IMG/VR virus record: IMGVR_UViG_2843291059_000004
Span: 70,479-134,478 of that record
Direction: 5' to 3' (one strand)
Origin: a virus
Lineage: Duplodnaviria; Caudoviricetes
Length of the DNA: 64,000 nt
This document shows positions 38,901 through 48,100 of this stretch, one piece after another (the stretch's first letter is position 1; every line of letters begins with the position of its first letter). Both the position numbers and the translations under genes were made by a program. The notes under the pieces are model-generated. The model had not been told where the DNA came from, searched no databases, and was given only the letters and a program-made list of their open reading frames with translations.

Positions 38901-39436
38901 CAGTTGGCACTTTGCTTGACACGGTTACAAAATATAACACAGAAGACAAATCAAAGAACAATTTTTTACAAAATGCTGTTCATACAGTCACACATCCGAT
39001 CAGTTCGGTTGTAGAATCAGTAAAATACCTTGGAAATGCTGCAAAGGATTTCTTTGGTGGTCTATTTGGCAAACACGCTTCCGGCTTAAAGTCTGCATCT
39101 AAGAGTCATTTCGCCAATGTTGACGAGCTTGGCCCTGAGCTTCTGGTTCGTAAGCCACAATCTGGTCGTTACACTTACCTCGAAACTGGTGATGGTGTGG
39201 TGCCTGCTGATATTACATCGAAATTGTTTGAGATGGGTGGCAACCCGAACAAGTGGTTCTCTGAACAGATGGCTAAGTATGGTTCTCAGGCGATTACTAC
39301 GAAGAGCACTGGCAACACCAGTTTCTCGACTGGTAATATTGTGATCAACAATCCTGTTGGCAACTCTGAGGATCTGGCTTCTGAAATCAAGAAGAACTTC
39401 TCGACCCGGATGGCGCAGGAATGGAATAAGCGCTAA
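32951..39436 (+). CDS. tail tape measure protein, exon 2 (2161 aa; spliced product ~2963 aa)
   Basis: Frame open from 32930; no convincing RBS at TTG 33068; helical Ala/Thr-rich with W-periodic repeats; joins as KNGAG|ILTFFTVD. Confidence 0.88.
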   Translation: MLTFFTVDANIQKLQIQTFSKIKASLVDLIAQYKAYKKALGETNLSISDFIKWLISGQAPIDATKLKILALRGAALLLNMALGVVTGLVVSSLIGAITSYTQRIDTAATKTKEAADAANNTTSSLKDLVDAYKELGDKSGWSTEDFDQAKDIQEELLALAKEQGTLDENKANQLDLQNGKYEEQLGLLKDITEEQLKDSESKLMQSKDAQSNKLVKTAKDNNRSHFFSSISANANLGIMNELKDAGIDVFNKSGDFGVKDLNSPDSIAKYYSELGRALDYIVQNTTEAQRAAGGAYHTVYQYLMDEEAALHDDVDAYNDSTDAINNNTNARRKLQAVDFWQNDNNNSMDVSFTFDKVNSAVQTLEDTIDGFDASKLNELLWGTNEGLSDEQAQALANLRKALTDMDFSADTNGVNAFIQALVQVGIVAQSSANDVDAVAQASQKMEDISSKIDEIQTAYKNATTAIEEYNKYGYLSADTLQTLLNEDFEYLSCLELVDGQLQVNTEKYQGMIAAQYQSAAMALVEKANAELAKIAQGEKKDAVEDATKATEDQATALTERVCPALGEFAKASMTAAAAQEFLANGDAAWSVDPERTKEVYAGLASGLDILDATVDQIMGNSDKFRQHMNGFDKETKNRNKNTAKSVTDVASAFDTLNKAMKEYNQYGYLCADTAKSLIGLDDKFTACLTKQGDKLQINVEQFRKFVKEQLKEANAAKDGGKSADEMNKILNYLDQNVDTTTISFEQLTDAIKGYGTAMDEAKEKTDAIKSAFSDLYSVGLNKQDNDFGFLDSDDIEKKFQAIRNLYGNTDLFTNQAYKDALNPETGEIDYNSDAFKQMFADYLAGLATTARETGGEAGEYLAQGFEDAAAKISQNVMSIREYIDGIGSSIERANNQIDGFQSAFSDIQDIVKEYNTYGGLSIDNYQKLMSLSDDQIKCLKLEGDQIKFDTQLYKELFKLKIQAMIDEYDKADQTKALAQRLRELLAAVDKAGDGFTSAADKAKNFEDTLSNIKSLLSDLIGVFEQFNTDKSNDLKIQGDAWLDVIDKRIDALNEQNDAQERAIELSKAQDALEKAKANKTVHVYHAGGSGFEWEADQNAVRDAQSTLDDTIRKNRKEDEIDRLNKLKKAVQENNELIGSSFEDYEKKKKYLAEFDKMTYDDMISYNENWKNSILGNMKSTQVVTNVNEIITKIEKLITTLETLNNVLTWISTLGKSTDGGGLTGLFSKNGLFGNIGNFISTAKTKGLETAAKEVIGTFLDNTGAALEANADNPIIKAATGLWDKLKGIFSGKIVATGVEAGVDETLATLAKKEVVQKGAGNLLTRFGGAAATTGASTAATTGAGTATVTTGISSIPVVGALIAVAVNNAVQQFGKISKENTKIWADQNSTTGEKIVSSVGNVLYHLSPVEGWDKSVQYAKMAAEGEGLWQKLEYGAKSLYYATGLGTMLDNIWNTIKSILKVFGVKFKESGDGVSTSSSVSGKKGVGSWKIWPWNWGKKAKGDKKIKKSAPYNVDEEGDEIIVRKPQTGRMTYLEKGDGVIPANETENLMTIGKNPLKWLTENVGKILGASAAKDVVEGKVDEGAVTKASQVLASSVVNTFSSAWNTVKMSTEDLIDSMNDSFQGGSTSVTTAAGTILSRVKTMFGKANMGKLLGSFSSGVSGAISKSAKEYSSTTELLSGTKSKTIDTMNKMRSTFESTWASVAKETGVSKDKITSISSEMFSKMEALVNQTYDAIDSNAGMSSDQLNDITKSLFQSMQSIYTSGWNAVYATSTGMSQETANTLNSAYKSSSDGCTKAMDTIRNTMVGSWEQCGGGVQNLANGTYQTLSKAWADSSGSAEKMLYDTRACFDSGWGAVEQGVSSLANNPKDKLSTAWAEITSQSNATFGAEGTLKTDADNAWKNVEPGATNLSKNMQWTMDQAYLATKQGCSDTVNSVNTNLNSTSAGFSAIASAIDAVNKKASDSEEVAKNTGHAWYEWVLNPVGTLLDTVTKYNTEDKSKNNFLQNAVHTVTHPISSVVESVKYLGNAAKDFFGGLFGKHASGLKSASKSHFANVDELGPELLVRKPQSGRYTYLETGDGVVPADITSKLFEMGGNPNKWFSEQMAKYGSQAITTKSTGNTSFSTGNIVINNPVGNSEDLASEIKKNFSTRMAQEWNKR

Positions 39437-39514
39437 ATCGAATATCTACACACAATGCCGATACCACTGGGATAGCCCAGCGGGTCGGCTTTTTATTTTT
39501 TCAGGAGGCAGAAC

Positions 39515-40831
39515 ATGTCAGAAAAATCAGCACTTGATATCTTGGTTGAAGAAACTGCTTCTGCCGCACGAAAAGCCGTAGACGAAGCAAAATTTGATAC
39601 ATCAACTTATGGTGTAATCACCGAAAAGGCGGGGACCGCATATAAAGTAGCCGCATTTGGCGGTGTGTATCGGTTTACAAGTTCTCACGAATATAGCGTT
39701 GGACAGAAAGTTGTTGTGACGGCATTGCAGAAGAACTTCCGAAACATCGTTGTGACGGAAGGCAATACCAATGTTGAACTATTGAATATCAAATCGGTTG
39801 TCGGACAGCTCGGCAACGACTTGGAAAAATTATCAGACAAAGCGAATTCTGAACAGAAAGAAGTTCAGTCCCAGATCAATAACACGATTACAACGTATTA
39901 TCGATACAAAGACCCCAATGAAAAAGGCTCGAATGACCCCTCTGTAAATTGGACAACTGATGAGCAAAAGAAAGCCCATGATGGTGACTTATATCAGAAT
40001 GTCCGAAGGAATCACTGCTTCCGCTGGGCAGACACCGGCGAAGGTTATGAGTGGGTGCGAATCACGGATTCTGGCCTAATCAATGCTCTCTCCATGGCAA
40101 TCTATGCTCGTGATACGGCGAACTCAAAAAGTCAGACGTTCACACAAAAACCAACGCCGATGTATAACGCAGGAGATATTTGGACAGAGGGCCCGTCTGG
40201 AGACCTGTATGTCTGCATCAAATCACGCGGCGATACAGAGTCATACAGCAAGGACGATTGGATTTTAGCAACTAAATATACAGACGACACCTTTGCAAAA
40301 GAAGTCAATAGAACTTTGAATACTCAGATCGATACTGAAACCAGTCACTATAATGAACTGTCGCAGGGTGTTTCGGATAATAAAACAGCAATTGAAAAAG
40401 TAAAAGATTCAGTGGAACAGATTCAAGGAAATGTCGGCTCGTTTACTGCATGGGATTACAATAAGACAAAGAAACAGGTCGGTACAAACAAAACGAATAT
40501 CGAAGCCTTGCAGACCGACCTCAAGACGGCAAATTCTCAGATTGGTACAAACAAATCAAACATTGAAACGTTGCAGGCCGATTTGAAAACGGCAAGCGAT
40601 CAGGTAAAGACAAACAAAACAAATATCGGTACTTTAACGACCGATTTGAACAATGCCAAGTCAACGGAATCCGACCATTACGGTGAACTGACACAGAGTA
40701 TTTCGGACACAAATGATTCTGTCACTGCGCTGAATGAAACAGTGGCTGCTATTACATTGAAAAATTTTCTCGCAGAGCTTGGGATGGCCGTAAATGAAGA
40801 CGGCGCACTTTGCTTTGTTATGAAATCTTAA
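39515..40831 (+). CDS. tail protein with OB-like N-terminus and coiled-coil repeats
   Basis: HDGDLY, YNAGDIW..GDLYVC..DW motifs; three 21-aa repeats at ~40475-40660. Confidence 0.65.
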   Translation: MSEKSALDILVEETASAARKAVDEAKFDTSTYGVITEKAGTAYKVAAFGGVYRFTSSHEYSVGQKVVVTALQKNFRNIVVTEGNTNVELLNIKSVVGQLGNDLEKLSDKANSEQKEVQSQINNTITTYYRYKDPNEKGSNDPSVNWTTDEQKKAHDGDLYQNVRRNHCFRWADTGEGYEWVRITDSGLINALSMAIYARDTANSKSQTFTQKPTPMYNAGDIWTEGPSGDLYVCIKSRGDTESYSKDDWILATKYTDDTFAKEVNRTLNTQIDTETSHYNELSQGVSDNKTAIEKVKDSVEQIQGNVGSFTAWDYNKTKKQVGTNKTNIEALQTDLKTANSQIGTNKSNIETLQADLKTASDQVKTNKTNIGTLTTDLNNAKSTESDHYGELTQSISDTNDSVTALNETVAAITLKNFLAELGMAVNEDGALCFVMKS

Positions 40832-40856
40832 ATAAACACACGTCGGAGGTGATAAA

Positions 40857-42629
40857 ATGAAACCTATCTTATCTAAAATTGGAGTATTTGATGGCTCGAA
40901 GCAGGTCACGTTCCAGTTTGCGGCCTATGCGGACATTGATCTTGTCGCCTTTATCATCTTCGATAAGGCTACTGGTTATAATCCAACTGCTCCGAACATG
41001 ACAGACCAGGGCATCTATAAGTTTGGTACGGTGGCACCTACTGGTTCTGGCCTTGCGCGAAATTTTACGCTCTCGGCAAATCTGATGAAAAACCGGCATG
41101 ACCCGTATTATATCGTGATTCGATGCCGTTTAGCTGGGACAAATATGTTCTCTGAATACAGTGACCGCATTTTATTTTACTGCCATTCTGAGCCGTATCT
41201 TGCCTCTACGGAACTGACACTTGGTAAGGTTAAGACCATCAATTTTCCTTCTTATTCCTTTGATTTTAGTTATAACTACCCCATTGCGGAGGGTGAAGTC
41301 ATCAATCGCTACGAGTATTACCTGTACGACGAAAACAAGGAATTGATTACGCAATCGAATTGCTTTTATTATCGTGACTCCATGAAGAGTTTTGATGTGA
41401 ACGGACTGGACAATCATACGACCTATTATGTACGGGCAAAAGCGGAATCGGTGGGTGGTTTCCAGCTGGATACTGGATTTTTGCAGATCTATACGGACTA
41501 TACAGAAGCCATTGGAGACGCACAAATCACCGCCACCAATGACAAATGGGGCGCACAGATCGATTTGTATGCAAAGTATTATCTGACGCAGAGCACCGGT
41601 GTGAATGCAGTTCGGTTCAAGCGACGTAAAAAAGGCACGGCACAGTGGATGACGATCTATCAGGAAAGCATTGCGCTAAATCGACTGGCCGTGAAAGTTG
41701 CATGGACAAACCAACACATCAACGAATCGGGCACTGTGAGTGCATCGAATAGTTCTGTTTTGTCGGATTATCTCAGCATTGGACGAATCAACTCATACCA
41801 TTTTAGCTCGACAGATAAACAATTCGGTCTCCGCGCATACTCCAGCACAAAGTCGTTTCTTGGAGCAACAAAATTCTATAGCAGCGGCAGCGAGTTCCGG
41901 GCATCGAGTGAGGCACTCACATGGTTATCCGGTTCTTTCGCTGATAAAGTTGCTTATTACCGATTCGAGGTAATCTCCCCTTCCGGCGCGGCTCTTTCGA
42001 CCTCTGATTTTAACGACCTTACCGTTTATACATCCGACAATGGTTATGTGACGGTTGGATTTTCGGACCTGTATGCAGCAGGACGTGGCACGGAATATGA
42101 GTACGCACTCTCCCCTGTCGCGAATGGAATCGAGCTTGGTTACATCAAGACAACGGTAAAGAGCTCTTTTAATGGTGCAATGTTGACCGATGGGGATAAG
42201 ACTTATCGGATCGTACTTGAGCCAAAGGTTAATAGCTTAAATAAAGTGCGTTCTGCCGCAGTGGTTGAGACGATGAGCAATAAGTATCCATTCCTCTTCT
42301 CTGGCAGTGAAGCGAATTATTACACTGGTAGTTTTAGTGGCGTTGGTATTCGGTTCCAGCATACAGATGATAGTTTTGATATCGACGGTGGAAATGCGTT
42401 CCGCGACGAACTGAGTGCCTGGCTGACAGATACCAAGGCAAAAGTGCTCAAAATGGAAGATGGCCGCGAATGGCTCATTGGCATCAATGGGAACGTGACT
42501 GTCTCCTGCCCAGAGCATGTTGATAAGGGCATGATCGAATTCGAATTTGTGGAGATCGGCAGTATCGAGAGTGAAGCAGATATGTACAACAATGGACTGA
42601 GTTCTTATGAACCGGGAGGTAGCGTATGA
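40857..42629 (+). CDS. distal tail/baseplate protein with FN3-like domains
   Basis: GLDNHTTYYVRA, EYEYALSPV; C-terminal WLTD..AKVLK.EDGR.W. Confidence 0.65.
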   Translation: MKPILSKIGVFDGSKQVTFQFAAYADIDLVAFIIFDKATGYNPTAPNMTDQGIYKFGTVAPTGSGLARNFTLSANLMKNRHDPYYIVIRCRLAGTNMFSEYSDRILFYCHSEPYLASTELTLGKVKTINFPSYSFDFSYNYPIAEGEVINRYEYYLYDENKELITQSNCFYYRDSMKSFDVNGLDNHTTYYVRAKAESVGGFQLDTGFLQIYTDYTEAIGDAQITATNDKWGAQIDLYAKYYLTQSTGVNAVRFKRRKKGTAQWMTIYQESIALNRLAVKVAWTNQHINESGTVSASNSSVLSDYLSIGRINSYHFSSTDKQFGLRAYSSTKSFLGATKFYSSGSEFRASSEALTWLSGSFADKVAYYRFEVISPSGAALSTSDFNDLTVYTSDNGYVTVGFSDLYAAGRGTEYEYALSPVANGIELGYIKTTVKSSFNGAMLTDGDKTYRIVLEPKVNSLNKVRSAAVVETMSNKYPFLFSGSEANYYTGSFSGVGIRFQHTDDSFDIDGGNAFRDELSAWLTDTKAKVLKMEDGREWLIGINGNVTVSCPEHVDKGMIEFEFVEIGSIESEADMYNNGLSSYEPGGSV

Positions 42630-45082
42630 CATATCTTCCGACAGATGAAGACCTCGCTCTGTTAAAGAATCATTCCTCTCACGTATATTGCCGAATCGAC
42701 TTGTTAAACAAAGATTTTGCGACGATTGATTCTTTGGAAGGTGTTGCGATTGATGGCTCGATTTCCATTGACAGTGAGTCCGATGTGCGGCGAACCTTTA
42801 ATGTGACGATGTATCTAGGGAAGAACAGCAATCTTTCTAACATCACAGAGGAAGAATGGCTGAGTCGAAATGTGCGAGTCTACATCGGTCTGGCAGGAAG
42901 ATCCAAAGCAAAAATCAGCGATAAATCTCCTGCTCTACTGACCGAACAAGACATCCGATACATCAATGCCGTGACATATTACAACCAGAAGATTCAGAAT
43001 TTTAAGACTTACGGCTATGCGAAATACGGCAATATCGACAATTTGAACCGCGACAAGATCGACTGGACGTCCAGTAATATGCTGCGATACAGCGAATTTG
43101 CGAAAGCTTATGAAATCGAAGCTGGTACGTATTCCACGGTTCTTGGTTCAGACGACCCGCTTTATGAGACGGATAGTGAAACTGGGCCTTATATAGCGTT
43201 TACTCCCCTATTGCAAACAAATAACGGACTGATTCCACTATTGGATAATGACCTTTGGAATTATTTTGATGCTCTTGTTGCAAAGATAAAAACAATGCCT
43301 GGTGGTATGACACCCGACAATATTTTAACAGCGGACGCGACCGGCATTGATGAAACAATCTACGGACAGAAGGTTCGCGTTAAATGTATGATTGCCGCAG
43401 TGGAAGGTATGAAATTGAATGGCGCGACATTGGAAAAAGTTGATGTGAGCGCGATCTCTGGTTGGAGCGAGGCGGAACTGCGCAAGGAATATGGAAAGAC
43501 CAGCCGTTATGTTGACCATTCGATGCACGATATTCAATCTGCCGTATTCGAAGGACGGAAACGAGTTACCCGAATTTACGGAGAGGTCTTTGACGAGTAT
43601 TCAAGAAACGCTTCTAGCAGTTATTTTGATACTTCTTCGATCCATTGGTATAACCAGGGCTGTTTTAGTTTCAGTTCCAATGGGTTCACATACAATTCTA
43701 CAACGAATACAGTGAGTGCTTCTTGTGTGGATATGGTATCCCGACTGAATGGCGACCTGGCTGGGCAGCTGGCAGGACAAGCACATCGAATCGACAAAAA
43801 AGCAGATATCAACAAAAGTATTGAAGCGGTAATGAAGGAAAGCGAATTCTCAAAATATTGCATTGATTATTGGAGCCGTAAAGTCCCACATGATTTGGAT
43901 TACGACACTGGCACAACGATCTGGCAGATGCTCACAGAACTGCGGGATTTGTACTACCCATTTGAAATGTATTTTGATGATGATGTTTTTGTGTGCAAGG
44001 AGATTCCGAGCGGATTCAATGACCCACCGGTTTTGGATTGCGACTTATTTGCAAGTCTTGTCACATCGGATGGAGAATCGGCCAGCGTAGATTATACTTC
44101 TGTACGCAATGTCGTTGAGGTATTTGGCGCGACGATTGACGCGGATTGTTACGCAACGCCAGATAACACAAGTTACGATGCTTCAACTCATACGCTGTCT
44201 CTTACAGTGTCAGCTGATTCTGCTGGTTTTCCTGCCGGCACAAGTGGCAGTGGCCCATCCATTACATCGGACAAAAAAATTGCATTCAGATGCCCTGTGA
44301 CCATTACACAAAAAGGCGCGTTGAACATTATTTGGAGTATTACTTACAACTCTAAGTTAGAGGACGGAAGCGTTCAAGCTGGTCAAACGCAAAAGATATC
44401 CAAACTGTTTGCTTCAACTACAGACCCAGATGGAAACGATAACGAACAGGATGCGACTGTTATGCAGGGTAGCAAATATTATGTCATCCAATTTAACGCG
44501 ACGACATCCTGCTTTTATTTTATCGGACAGCAGCAATCTCATGCGATGGTGAAGTTAGTTGATACTATCCCGACTGCCGCAGAAATTGCAGCACAGAAAG
44601 AGGAAGAAAATTGTGACAATTTGAAATTCATCTGTGTGAATGACCCGAATAATATCGATGATTTGTATAATTCGCAAATGACAGTGGAGAAAATCGGGCG
44701 GCGCAATGAAGTGTTGTCGGGCGGAGACTATGAAGGATATACCACCGATGCACGAGCTATGGAAGTAGCAGAGTATGAGCTATGGAAACGCGCACGGTTG
44801 ACCGATGGTCTTTCAATTACGATCTTGCTGGTCCCCTGGCTTGACGTAAATGAAAAGATCGAATATGCGGCAAAATATCTGAATTCAAGAACACCGGTCG
44901 AGTGGATCATCAAGAGCATCAGTATCAATCTGGGAGAAGGAACGATGTCTTTGAGCTTGAGCCGGTATTACCCATACTATCCCTACATTGTAGGCGAAGG
45001 CAATGCACAAAATTCCAAGCACACATATTACATGGATTCTCTGATGGACCGGTATTTTCCGAGTCTGACGGCAGAATCTTAA
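42626..45082 (+). CDS. baseplate hub/tail protein (DUF5048-like) with an inserted domain
   Basis: SDVRRT, HWYNQG, RNVVEVFG, VPWLDVNEKI motifs. Confidence 0.65.
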   Translation: MTYLPTDEDLALLKNHSSHVYCRIDLLNKDFATIDSLEGVAIDGSISIDSESDVRRTFNVTMYLGKNSNLSNITEEEWLSRNVRVYIGLAGRSKAKISDKSPALLTEQDIRYINAVTYYNQKIQNFKTYGYAKYGNIDNLNRDKIDWTSSNMLRYSEFAKAYEIEAGTYSTVLGSDDPLYETDSETGPYIAFTPLLQTNNGLIPLLDNDLWNYFDALVAKIKTMPGGMTPDNILTADATGIDETIYGQKVRVKCMIAAVEGMKLNGATLEKVDVSAISGWSEAELRKEYGKTSRYVDHSMHDIQSAVFEGRKRVTRIYGEVFDEYSRNASSSYFDTSSIHWYNQGCFSFSSNGFTYNSTTNTVSASCVDMVSRLNGDLAGQLAGQAHRIDKKADINKSIEAVMKESEFSKYCIDYWSRKVPHDLDYDTGTTIWQMLTELRDLYYPFEMYFDDDVFVCKEIPSGFNDPPVLDCDLFASLVTSDGESASVDYTSVRNVVEVFGATIDADCYATPDNTSYDASTHTLSLTVSADSAGFPAGTSGSGPSITSDKKIAFRCPVTITQKGALNIIWSITYNSKLEDGSVQAGQTQKISKLFASTTDPDGNDNEQDATVMQGSKYYVIQFNATTSCFYFIGQQQSHAMVKLVDTIPTAAEIAAQKEEENCDNLKFICVNDPNNIDDLYNSQMTVEKIGRRNEVLSGGDYEGYTTDARAMEVAEYELWKRARLTDGLSITILLVPWLDVNEKIEYAAKYLNSRTPVEWIIKSISINLGEGTMSLSLSRYYPYYPYIVGEGNAQNSKHTYYMDSLMDRYFPSLTAES

Positions 45083-45107
45083 CGAGATAAACGAGAGGAG
45101 TGAGTAG

Positions 45108-48100
45108 ATGGCACTTTCTTTTAACAAATCCAGACGTATGGCCGCTGCGAATCCTGTAATGACGATGGAGGCTTCTGTGAAGGCTGAGCGTCCGGTCGTT
45201 GACTCCAATGATGAAATCGCGACTTTGGAAGCTGACCAGGTGGAATCAAATTTCACACGGAGCGGCAATTACACATGGTATGATACATTTTCGGACAATG
45301 ATTATTCTACGGTCGATTCTGGAAAAGATATTACGCTGAATCCGAATCAGATAAATATTACTCAGGAAAACAACAGTCAGGTCATTCCGTTTGAAATGCC
45401 GCGTTATTACGATGGCGTAGACCTGATGCAGATGACGATCCAGATCCACTATGTGAACGCTGACAACAATGAGAATTATACTGCGCCCGTGAACGTGTCA
45501 TATAGCAATGACAAGATTCGTTTCTACTGGATGGTAAGCAACTATGCAACGGCCAAAGAAGGAGCACTGAAGTTTGAGATCATTGCGACAGGCGCAATTA
45601 CGGTTCCCAACTCTGGCGAATCCAAGAATTATCTGTGGCGTACTCGTCCGAATGATAAGCTGACTGTTTTGAAGGCCCTTTCTGGTTCTGGAATGACAGA
45701 CCCGACCGGCGATGACTGGTATACCCAGTTCCTGGCTACTATGAGTCAGAAGGTTGGTGAAGCACAGACAGCGGCAAGCAAAGCAGCGGCAAGTGCACAG
45801 GAAGCAAAGGCTGTTGTGGATGGTCTGGCTGATACATTAGCGAACTATTACACCAAGGAAGAAGTCGATGGATTTACGGCTCTGCTCCGTGGTGAGATTG
45901 CAAAAGTGGACGGTCTAGCTAAATTTGATGTTCAGTATAGCGCCGAGACACAGACAATCAAGTTTCTGAATGGAGACAAAGTCATTAAAACCATCACCCT
46001 GAATACTGACCCTAGTGCAGATTGGGTGACTGCATACAATAAGACGGTCGAAGCAAAAATCGCTGATAAGCTCTCCCCTGTTCAGACAGAACTGGAAAAT
46101 ACAAAAAGCGCTCTGGATGACCTGAAGACTGAAGTGGGGGATCTGCCGAACACTTTGCAGAGCGACTATTATAATAAGGAAGCAACGGACAAGCTGCTGG
46201 AAGCGAAGGCCGAAAAAACCAGCGTTACGACTGTGGCGAACGACCTGACGGTGGTGAAAAATACAACTTCTGGCTTACAGACCTCTATTGACACCATCAA
46301 TGGTGACATTTCTGACATTCGAGAGCAACTAAACAATGTGAAACCCGATCCGAATTCTGGCCGCGAGTATGATATCACTTATGAGGACTCTAAGCTGAGT
46401 CTGCTGGAAAATGGCACGGTGAAAACACAGGTCATCATTGAAGGCGGTGGCGGCGGTGGCGGAAACTCCAGCGTGATTACCATCGAGCGTTTGGATGGTT
46501 CTGCGTTGACTGTTATTGCAGGCGACCCCGCTATTATCAATTATAAGTTCACTTCTGTGGACAACTCTGGTGACGATACTGGCTCCGCTACTGGCGTCTG
46601 GTACGTTGGCAACACAAAAGTCGGAACACAGACCGTCATTCAGGGAACGAATAGCTTTGATGTGACTCAGTATCTGCACAGCGGTGATAATACGGTCAAG
46701 TTGCAAGTCACAGATAGCGTTGGCAGCATCGGAACAAAGACATGGACAGTCAATGTCGTTGAGTTCTACTTGGAGAGCTCTTTTGATGATACGCTGGTAT
46801 ACAACGGCGAGGTTACTTTCCGTTACACTCCGTATGGCAATATTTCCAAAACTATCAATTTTACGGTTGATGGAACGCCGCTTGGCTCTACTACGACCGC
46901 TGTTACTGGCCGACAGATGACTTATGCGATTCCTGCTCAAGCCCATGGTGCACATCTTGTGGAAGTTTCCATGACCGCTGAGATCAATGGGAAACAGGTT
47001 ACAAGTAATAAGATTGCTAAAGACATCATGTGGGCAACTGAGGGCAATACAACACCTATTATCAGCTGTGCTACAAAGATGGCAAGCGTAAAACAATATA
47101 GTAATGTCGCAATCAATTACACCGTTTATGACCCTTCCAGTTCTACGACCACTGTAACACTGGAAGTTGACGGTGTAAAGACTGGTACCCTGACTGTTGG
47201 TCGCACAATGCAGACATGGACTTGGAAATCTGCTAACGTTGGTTCTCATGTGCTAAAAATTGTATGCGGCTCTGTAAGCAAGACAATCAATGTTACCATC
47301 GAGGAGCTTGGTATTACCATTGAGCCTGTCAAGACGAATCTGGCATTTGATTTTAACCCTGCCGGTAAAACGAACGCAGATGCAACTCGTTTGTGGACGG
47401 ATGGCAATAACAGCCTGACTGTCAGCGATAACTTTGACTGGTCTAATGGCGGTTATCAGCTGGACGAAGATGGCGATACCTACTTCTGTGTTAAGGCTGG
47501 CACGACAGCAACTATCAGCTATAAGCTTTTTGGTAACGACGCTAAGAAGCTGGGCAAGAATTTCAAGCTTGTTTTTAAAACCACGAATGTTAAAAACTAC
47601 GATGCTACGGCACTGACTTGTTTGAATGGCGGCATTGGCTTGAATATTCAGGCACAGAAAATCACGCTGACCAGTGAGCAGAACAGTATTTCTCTACCGA
47701 CCTGTGAAGATGATTTCATGGAGTTCGAGTTTAATATTCTGCCCGATAGTCAGTATAAGGAAATGGTTCTGTGGCTGGATGGTATTCCCTGCCGTGTTGA
47801 GCTGTATGATGCGAGCGATAACTTTACACAGACATCTCCTGTGGGCATTACGATTGGTTCTCCTGATTGCGACGTACAGGTTTACCGCATGAAGTCCTAC
47901 ATGATGAACCTGACAGACGATGAGATCCTTGACAACTTTATTGCAGACGCAAAGAACGCAGAGGAAATGATTGAACGTTACACCCGCAACGACATTACGG
48001 ACGTGAGCGGCGAGTTGAACCCCGACTTGCTGGCTGAGAAGTGTCCAGACCTGCGCATTATCAAGATCTCTGCTCCGACCTTTACGACTGGCAAGAAGAA

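Noticed and set aside
25730-39436. Two separate tape-measure genes, or a gene broken by an insertion
   Set aside because: P1, an 11-bp P10, a terminal G and an in-frame join define an intron; TTG 33068 lacks a good RBS and the frame is open upstream of it.
40475-40660. 63-nt tandem repeat as a DNA element
   Set aside because: It is a diverged in-frame coiled-coil protein repeat.
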